Of a stretch of DNA of 46,706 nucleotides, positions 41,126 through 46,706 are shown one piece after another. The position numbers were made by a program, and so were the translations under genes. Under the pieces are notes generated by a model. That model searched no databases and had not been told where the DNA came from. It was given only the letters and a program-made list of their open reading frames with translations. The stretch lies in the IMG/VR virus record IMGVR_UViG_3300033153_004756, positions 1-46,706 of that record; one strand, written 5' to 3'. Every line of letters starts with the position of its first letter. Position 1 is the first letter of the stretch. This DNA is from a virus.

Positions 41126-41613
41126 TGAATTTTCCCCTGTAAAGCAGTTATGTTAATTTTCCAAAGTGACGCAGAACTATCCCAATAAAATATGAATAAT
41201 GTATTATCAATATTTAAAACACAATTTGTGTCTGCGGCAACCATTATATCATTTGTTCCGCCTTCGATATCCACTGCAAATATGCTGAATTTTTCAACAC
41301 CCCCAAATATAACCCATTGACCATTGATAGGAGATGTTGGTAAGTTACCTGTTGCCGTACCTGATGAATTGTCTATCAAAACGATTTCACCGGATTCAGC
41401 TTCATATCCATCAGCTTCGATTTTGAATTCATTGTTTGCTCGTATGAAATGCCCTTGCAAACTCTGTAATTGATTCATCTGCTGTAGTGTTGGTTTTTCT
41501 ACACCCCACCCATCAGTTTTATGTGCTGCGGATATTGGTTCTTTATTTGGATCACCATTACCGATATCAGCAATATCGGTTGTGGCAAAATCTGGAAAGA
41601 CTTTTTGTACCAT
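41122..41613 (-). CDS. tail fibre protein (proximal/anchor part)
   Basis: A 163-aa product. The N-terminal segment HKTDGWGVEKPTLQQMNQLQ resembles conserved fibre N-termini. It follows the baseplate genes. Confidence 0.45.
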   Translation of the reverse strand: MVQKVFPDFATTDIADIGNGDPNKEPISAAHKTDGWGVEKPTLQQMNQLQSLQGHFIRANNEFKIEADGYEAESGEIVLIDNSSGTATGNLPTSPINGQWVIFGGVEKFSIFAVDIEGGTNDIMVAADTNCVLNIDNTLFIFYWDSSASLWKINITALQGKIQ

Positions 41614-41625
41614 CGTATTAATCCT

Positions 41626-42246
41626 CTATGAAAATGTACCCTCGTCATCAGCGTAGATAACTCCTACTCCTGCTGGACGTGGGGCATATGGTGTTCTTGC
41701 AAGTAATAATTTATCAGTGTCACTTAACAATCCCGGAAAAGTTAATTTAAAGTTAGCCATAGTTTCAGATACTGTTACGGTTGCAGCACTAGTCACGCCT
41801 TGTAGCACAACATCAATCACTTCATTAATAGTAACTCTTGTTTTATTCTTGGAGATCTTAGACCGTATAAATATTCTATAAGTAGCATCGTCAAATACGA
41901 CATCTATAAATTCAACATCAGAAGTAGACCTGAAGTTAGAACCTATATTAGTATCCCCACTTGTACCAAATGTATCCGCACCGATCGCTCCAATAAATCC
42001 AAAGAACGTGTCTGCGACTGTTTGGCTAAACCCTCTGTCCTGACCGACAATATCCCCTATAACATCTAAGTTAACACCCACAGCAGTATCTATCCACCGC
42101 ATAGAACAGATGTTTTGAAACACTTGCTCAAGGTCGTCATTTTCACGCAACAATAATTTGATATAATTAATAAGATTAGGTGACTCTTTAAACTGAGTAA
42201 CCAATCTAGATTCAGCTAAAGCCCTGTGATCAATTTGGTCTATCAT
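41626..42246 (-). CDS. baseplate protein (DUF2612-like)
   Basis: The N-terminus RLVTQFKESPNLINYIKLLL...IDTAVGVNLDVIGDIVG resembles DUF2612. It follows the baseplate J-like gene. Confidence 0.55.
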   Translation of the reverse strand: MIDQIDHRALAESRLVTQFKESPNLINYIKLLLRENDDLEQVFQNICSMRWIDTAVGVNLDVIGDIVGQDRGFSQTVADTFFGFIGAIGADTFGTSGDTNIGSNFRSTSDVEFIDVVFDDATYRIFIRSKISKNKTRVTINEVIDVVLQGVTSAATVTVSETMANFKLTFPGLLSDTDKLLLARTPYAPRPAGVGVIYADDEGTFS

Positions 42247-43427
42247 ACTGGAGTCTCATTAATAATTATGTTACCGATTACAAAATCAGACACTTCATCA
42301 AAATCAATTGTTATATTATTTTCCAATGTAGGGGTCGGCGTAATGCCAATTAAAATACTATTAATGGAATGACCTATAACATTATTAACAGGTGTATTTA
42401 ATTCAGATTGAATTATGTCATCGTTGACACCAAAACCTCTTCCGCTAACTAATAATCCATCAGCATAGTCAACAATATTTTGCTTTATAGTATCGCCGCC
42501 ATCAGCAGGGAAATTATTAAATGTGTTGATGTTTACGATGATATATATAGATATTGTCGCAGGTCTAGTGAATCCGATATCATGAGGTATCAATTGTGAA
42601 TCGTCCACTGCTACAATAGTTGTGCCATAGGCTTCAATCCCTACAGGTTTTTCATCAAATATTGCGGTGGCTATTGTGGCATCTGATCCACCAAGTACCA
42701 CGACTTGAAACGCCTTTCCCGGAGTGTTATTATTGATATTCGTGGATAATGTTGTATTCTCATAAACGAATGCTTCTACAACATTATCCACTGCCAACAC
42801 TTCAGCTAATATTGTTTCCAATATGCCTTTAGCCGCTTTAGAAACTGACAATTCTCGTCTAGCTCTGAGTTCTGTGTCGGTTTCTTCAGCGCTACCCTCT
42901 ATTGCATCCGCTGCATTGATCACAGAATCCCATCCTGTGATAGGTGTATCTATTATAGTGATTGTACTTGCAACAGCCGGGACAGCGCCCACACTGGTAG
43001 CAGTGACACTAACATCGATAAACCCTGCGACAGGAATAGTCACCAAAACATCTGTTGTGAACGTAACACTCTTATCTATTGTACTAATTGAACTACCGAG
43101 TGGGATATTAGTACCGTTTGTTCCAGTTATAGTTACCGTAGCAGTTGTCGCAACAGCAATTTGTCGGGTGATACCGTTTATCTGTACTAAGTTAGATAAT
43201 GCATTGCCAGTTGCCGCAGAAGGATTGAACGCATTGTAATCTCCCTCAGCTATTTCCCATAAATCCGCTTGTGATCCTGATATTAGCCCTATGATTTGGC
43301 CATCAGGTGATTCAGGTGTGACATTGAGATTATCGCCAAATACTGTTTTAAAATCAGCAGTTGTATCTGCTATAATCTCATCCAATCTTTTTCGTTGGAA
43401 TCCAGTTGCGCTTATACCATTAGACAT
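42243..43427 (-). CDS. baseplate J-like wedge protein
   Basis: A 394-aa ORF in the expected position, with N-terminus GFQRKRLDEIIADTTADFKTVFGDNLNVTPESPDGQ typical of the Baseplate_J family. Confidence 0.6.
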   Translation of the reverse strand: MSNGISATGFQRKRLDEIIADTTADFKTVFGDNLNVTPESPDGQIIGLISGSQADLWEIAEGDYNAFNPSAATGNALSNLVQINGITRQIAVATTATVTITGTNGTNIPLGSSISTIDKSVTFTTDVLVTIPVAGFIDVSVTATSVGAVPAVASTITIIDTPITGWDSVINAADAIEGSAEETDTELRARRELSVSKAAKGILETILAEVLAVDNVVEAFVYENTTLSTNINNNTPGKAFQVVVLGGSDATIATAIFDEKPVGIEAYGTTIVAVDDSQLIPHDIGFTRPATISIYIIVNINTFNNFPADGGDTIKQNIVDYADGLLVSGRGFGVNDDIIQSELNTPVNNVIGHSINSILIGITPTPTLENNITIDFDEVSDFVIGNIIINETPV

Positions 43428-43785
43428 TTAAAAATACCTCTTCACTGTTTATAGTGCCAAAAGTTGTTTCTGCTGAAAACGACACTTGTAATTTTCTATC
43501 TGCGGGATTAGGCAGAGACATAGAAAATTCCGTAATCTGATCCAGTTCTGGCGTATTCGCAATTCTAGATTTTATAATAGTTTCCACCGCTCCAATATTA
43601 AATGGCTTAATAAAAACTTCCTGAAACCAAGGTGTCCCTGCTCTATTATCAGCAAACCACTCCCCCAAATAAAATAGTAATCTAGTTCTAACATGTTGTG
43701 TCACTTGACCGCCTTCTTTAATAGTGGTAAAAGACCCATTGCGGATGAATATATCATTATTACTGTCTAATGCTCGTTCTATCAT
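43420..43785 (-). CDS. small baseplate wedge protein (gp25/W-like slot)
   Basis: A 121-aa ORF between the spike and baseplate J-like genes. Confidence 0.45.
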   Translation of the reverse strand: MIERALDSNNDIFIRNGSFTTIKEGGQVTQHVRTRLLFYLGEWFADNRAGTPWFQEVFIKPFNIGAVETIIKSRIANTPELDQITEFSMSLPNPADRKLQVSFSAETTFGTINSEEVFLNV

Positions 43786-44540
43786 AGTGGTGGACTCGTG
43801 TTTGGTGTCCCGTGTGCATGAAGATGTGTATCACTAATATCCTTGTTGTTAGAAGTAACTATATCGCTAAGTGTAGTATCGCCTAATACATCTAAATCAA
43901 CATCTATGTTGATACTTCCATCAACCTGTAAATCGCCCGTTAACGTTGTTAGCGGTGTATCAATATTAACTGCCACTGGTGCAACCATATTAATAATCTC
44001 ACTAGCGTTTAACATATTAATTTCAACTGTACCTGTAACAACCTTTATATCTTTGTTAGGCTTCATTGTAAAAGTTTGATCATGCTCTTCGTTTCTTATT
44101 TGAAAATTAGCAGGATCAAAATCCGTGATAACTTTGGGTTGAGAAGACATACCCACAAGACATATCGCATCTGATAGACTGTGCATTCTCATGTCATGCG
44201 GCGATTGATTACCGCTAAATTTAATCCATCTATCTAATGATCGTTCTGCAAATAAAACTAAACATTCATCGTTTTTAGCGATAGGAAATGTTATATTAAA
44301 ACCTCCTGCTCTAGGGAACCAAACAGGAACATTTACTAGTAAAGGCAAAGGTTGGCTCTCTCCATTGATAAATGACCTAGTAATCACTATTTGCACTTCA
44401 GCTAATTGTGTTTCAGGATCAAAAGAAACAATCTCTCCGGGAAGGCATGTATGGACATCCTTCATATAGTTTTTGATGCCCTGTTGAATCACTCCCGCAA
44501 GGCCACCATCACTTATGTTATTAAGTCTATCATCAGCCAT
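43782..44540 (-). CDS. baseplate central spike protein (Gp138-N / gpV-like)
   Basis: The N-terminus CLPGEIVSFDPETQLAEVQIV resembles the Gp138 N-terminal OB domain. A repetitive beta-helix follows, and the C-terminus ends with the HLHAH metal-binding-like tip. Confidence 0.6.
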   Translation of the reverse strand: MADDRLNNISDGGLAGVIQQGIKNYMKDVHTCLPGEIVSFDPETQLAEVQIVITRSFINGESQPLPLLVNVPVWFPRAGGFNITFPIAKNDECLVLFAERSLDRWIKFSGNQSPHDMRMHSLSDAICLVGMSSQPKVITDFDPANFQIRNEEHDQTFTMKPNKDIKVVTGTVEINMLNASEIINMVAPVAVNIDTPLTTLTGDLQVDGSINIDVDLDVLGDTTLSDIVTSNNKDISDTHLHAHGTPNTSPPL

Positions 44541-45429
44541 TTGGGATTATAGTTCCTCTCGCTGTGGAATACCAATTGTTGCCATGGGTATCCCCGTTAA
44601 AAATCACCTCAAACGCTCGGTAAATGCCCTCAGCGGTTGTTCTTCTTAATGATCTAAACTGTAAATTAGTCAATGCGATAGTCGTACTAACAGATTCAAT
44701 CTTGAACGCGATGTTAGGCAATAAATCAGGGTTCAGTAATGTGGTAACGTCTGCGCCTATTTCAGTTAAGGTTGGTGAACCGATCATACCTGTGTTTTGA
44801 TTTATTAATACTGCTTCTGTGAATTCAATCGGCGCGTCTGCATCCATAACAACAATTTCATTATCTTGAATACTCCATATAAGTCCATAGTCATCCGCTA
44901 TTTTATCCATAACATCTTTAGTGGAACCACTAAGGCTAACCCCCATCAATTTATCAGCCTCTCTATCTTCCATATCCTGTAATGTACCGAGTGTTAATTC
45001 ACCTGATTCTAAAAAGGTTGAAACGATATCGGTCACTAATTCTTTCAGTTTGAAATTACTAGAATAGGTTTTATTGATAATGGTGTTTTCCCATTCACGT
45101 TGACCGTCCCCCGCATACAAAGTTAAAATTCTATCTTCGGAAATACGATTAACAAATGAATTTCTTAAACGACCTTTAAATATTAACCCCATATTACCAT
45201 CGTAACCCGCGTTTAAGATAACAATAGGATTGTCATTATCTACTAGGGCTATTGTGTCACCATTAGGATTGAATACATCTATCTTAGCTAAGTTAGGATA
45301 ACTTCTTAAAGATTTGCTGACCTCAAACACAATTCGTAAATCTGTGATAGCCTTAATATTTTCTTCACCTAATAAGATTAATTCATATTTCCTTTTAAAT
45401 TGTTTAGCCACTAACTGGAACCTCTGCAA
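44533..45429 (-). CDS. baseplate hub protein (gpD / XkdQ-like)
   Basis: A 298-aa ORF upstream of the spike gene. The start is uncertain: the TTG at 45429 overlaps the upstream gene by 26 nt, and an alternative GTG lies at 45411. Confidence 0.45.
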   Translation of the reverse strand: MQRFQLVAKQFKRKYELILLGEENIKAITDLRIVFEVSKSLRSYPNLAKIDVFNPNGDTIALVDNDNPIVILNAGYDGNMGLIFKGRLRNSFVNRISEDRILTLYAGDGQREWENTIINKTYSSNFKLKELVTDIVSTFLESGELTLGTLQDMEDREADKLMGVSLSGSTKDVMDKIADDYGLIWSIQDNEIVVMDADAPIEFTEAVLINQNTGMIGSPTLTEIGADVTTLLNPDLLPNIAFKIESVSTTIALTNLQFRSLRRTTAEGIYRAFEVIFNGDTHGNNWYSTARGTIIPNG

Positions 45430-45724
45430 CGTTTAATTTATATAACTTAACATCTGTTCCAAGGTTTTCTTTTGTTGCATCAATTTTAGGGTCGTTTAAA
45501 TTTACAATATAGAGGTTCTTCAGGGCGAATGTAAATTGTTTAACAATATCTACTCCCCCAACTAATGCAATTCCATTCACAAGCTCTACACCTTCTGTAG
45601 ATATGTTTGCTGTCCATATCCCAATGCGGGTATTGTACATCACGTTAAACGAATAATTGATTCCATCTAATATAATTGTAAATTTTTGAGAACCATCTGA
45701 TGTTAATATGATTTCTTGTGCCAT
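45404..45724 (-). CDS. hypothetical tail/baseplate protein (106 aa)
   Basis: The start is set at the ATG at 45724, 4 nt after the upstream stop. The longer track form overlaps the upstream gene by 53 nt. Confidence 0.45.
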   Translation of the reverse strand: MAQEIILTSDGSQKFTIILDGINYSFNVMYNTRIGIWTANISTEGVELVNGIALVGGVDIVKQFTFALKNLYIVNLNDPKIDATKENLGTDVKLYKLNVAEVPVSG

Positions 45725-45728
45725 TATG

Positions 45729-46328
45729 TCACCCGAATAGATCAAATAAGATTGACGAACCAGTCTGAGTATCTGGGACAATAGGTTCCTGTCTACCCCG
45801 ATCTGAAGTTGGTGTTATATTCTTTTTAATACTATTAGTGACATCATTTTCAGTCAATGATATATTTTCACTAATAGTTATTATTATTTCTTCAAACACC
45901 ATATCAAGGAACACGATTTGGCTAGTATCTTTGTCTTGGCTAGTTTTAAGGCTAGTCATTAACATATTGCTATATAATTTTAAACCTGTGGCTACTTCGA
46001 ACGGCTCACGTTGTTCCATAAGCTCTAATAATAACTCATAAGCATTCTTAGATCGTGTAATATTGGAAGAGGTTGATGTACCAAATAGACCAGTAACAGA
46101 ATCTACAAGTTGCCCAAAAGCGGCTGCTCGCAATGGGGTGTCAGTCACAGCACCCCTAACGAATAATATCTTAGGTTCTACAATAGCGTGGTCAGTTATG
46201 TCTACTCCCGCTTCTACAGGGTTTTTAGTTATAATAACTGAATTATCGTGATCTTCAATCAAAACGGTATCTAGTTCAATCGAGCCGATGGTTCTTTGTG
46301 TTCTTACAAATAAGTTTTCAAAAGCCAT
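45729..46328 (-). CDS. tail protein downstream of the tape measure (distal tail/baseplate initiator slot)
   Basis: A 199-aa ORF whose ATG overlaps the tape measure stop. Confidence 0.45.
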   Translation of the reverse strand: MAFENLFVRTQRTIGSIELDTVLIEDHDNSVIITKNPVEAGVDITDHAIVEPKILFVRGAVTDTPLRAAAFGQLVDSVTGLFGTSTSSNITRSKNAYELLLELMEQREPFEVATGLKLYSNMLMTSLKTSQDKDTSQIVFLDMVFEEIIITISENISLTENDVTNSIKKNITPTSDRGRQEPIVPDTQTGSSILFDLFG

Positions 46329-46706
46329 TAGATCGCCACCGCGCTATTTAGGTCAATGGATGCCTGTTTAAATAAAGGCTCTAATTCTTGTCGTATTTTC
46401 TCACCAATAATTTTACCTGATGTTTGTGGATCACCTGTAGTTTCTTTAATATCCACTTTAATGCCACCTAGATCAATCTTAACTTCGCTAGTAGTATTAT
46501 TGGAAACGTCATTAGAAGTAATCCCTGATAACTGGTTAGTATTGGCTTGATCTTCTTTACTGAATTTATTGAGGATTTCAACATTTTCTGGCGCTATGTC
46601 TTGTAATTCAGGCATATCACCGATGGCCACAGCTATGTCTTGTAATTCAGGCATATCACCGATGGCCACAGCTATGTCTTGTAATTCAGGCATATCACCG
46701 ATGGCC
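46328..46706 (-). CDS. tail tape measure protein, C-terminal part (partial; joins 1..1722 through the terminal overlap)
   Basis: The frame of track ORF 46328..46693 is open up to the window end. It contains repeated MPELQDIAVAIGD units identical to those encoded at 1-113. Removing the 13, 52 or 91 nt terminal overlap joins both parts in frame. The TAA stop overlaps the next ATG (TAATG at 46326-46330). Confidence 0.8.
   Translation of the reverse strand, partial: AIGDMPELQDIAVAIGDMPELQDIAVAIGDMPELQDIAPENVEILNKFSKEDQANTNQLSGITSNDVSNNTTSEVKIDLGGIKVDIKETTGDPQTSGKIIGEKIRQELEPLFKQASIDLNSAVAI
46592..46706. repeat. 39-bp tandem repeat (partial copy, two full copies, then 13 nt); the last 91 nt equal window positions 1-91
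   Basis: Full units lie at 46616-46654 and 46655-46693, and 46694-46706 equals 1-13. Confidence 0.95.

Noticed and set aside
1-46706. Searched by eye for integrase, CI/Cro-type repressor, attP, tRNA genes, and a phage RNA polymerase.
   Set aside because: No ORF shows tyrosine- or serine-recombinase or HTH-repressor signatures that I can recognise. No intergenic region has tRNA-like T-arm or acceptor features. Absence judged by eye is weak evidence and should be confirmed with HMM searches and tRNAscan.

Overview
The window appears to be a complete, circularly closing genome (about 46.6-46.7 kb, AT-rich) of a tailed dsDNA phage with a contractile tail. The first 91 nt are identical to the last 91 nt. 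The break falls inside a 39-bp tandem repeat of the tape measure gene, so that gene is split across the two window edges. The genome has two arms that diverge at about 19.9-20.04 kb and converge on a shared hairpin at about 38.54 kb. The leftward arm (19883 down to 1, wrapping to 46706 down to 38562) runs: terminase, an unusual beta-helix/fibre-like module, portal, MuF-like protein, scaffold/protease-like protein, decoration protein, major capsid, connectors, sheath, tube, a chaperone with a -1 frameshift, tape measure, baseplate, fibres, and an M15 endolysin cassette. The rightward arm (20041-38466) carries early, replication and nucleotide-metabolism genes. It is driven by six almost identical consensus promoters of the form TTGACA-N17-TATAAT with a TGn extension. 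The strongest signal is a contiguous block at 32.6-37.8 kb: a family-A DNA polymerase, ThyX, a truncated PurA homologue (PurZ-like), a dNMP-kinase/MazG fusion, and a small HD-domain hydrolase. This matches the published 2-aminoadenine (Z-base) genome pathway, so virion DNA is predicted to carry Z in place of A. Other notable items are: a 32-unit, nearly perfect 15-bp repeat encoding an Arg/Cys-rich pentapeptide-repeat protein; a promoter-to-terminator unit with no ORF (sRNA candidate); GTAAGTACTTAC-type palindromes in the divergent control region and in a structured, homopolymer-rich non-coding region upstream of the primase gene (origin candidate); and related sequence elements shared between intergenic regions. 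I saw no integrase, repressor, tRNA or CRISPR array. All functional calls rest on motif recognition by eye and on synteny; no searches were run.
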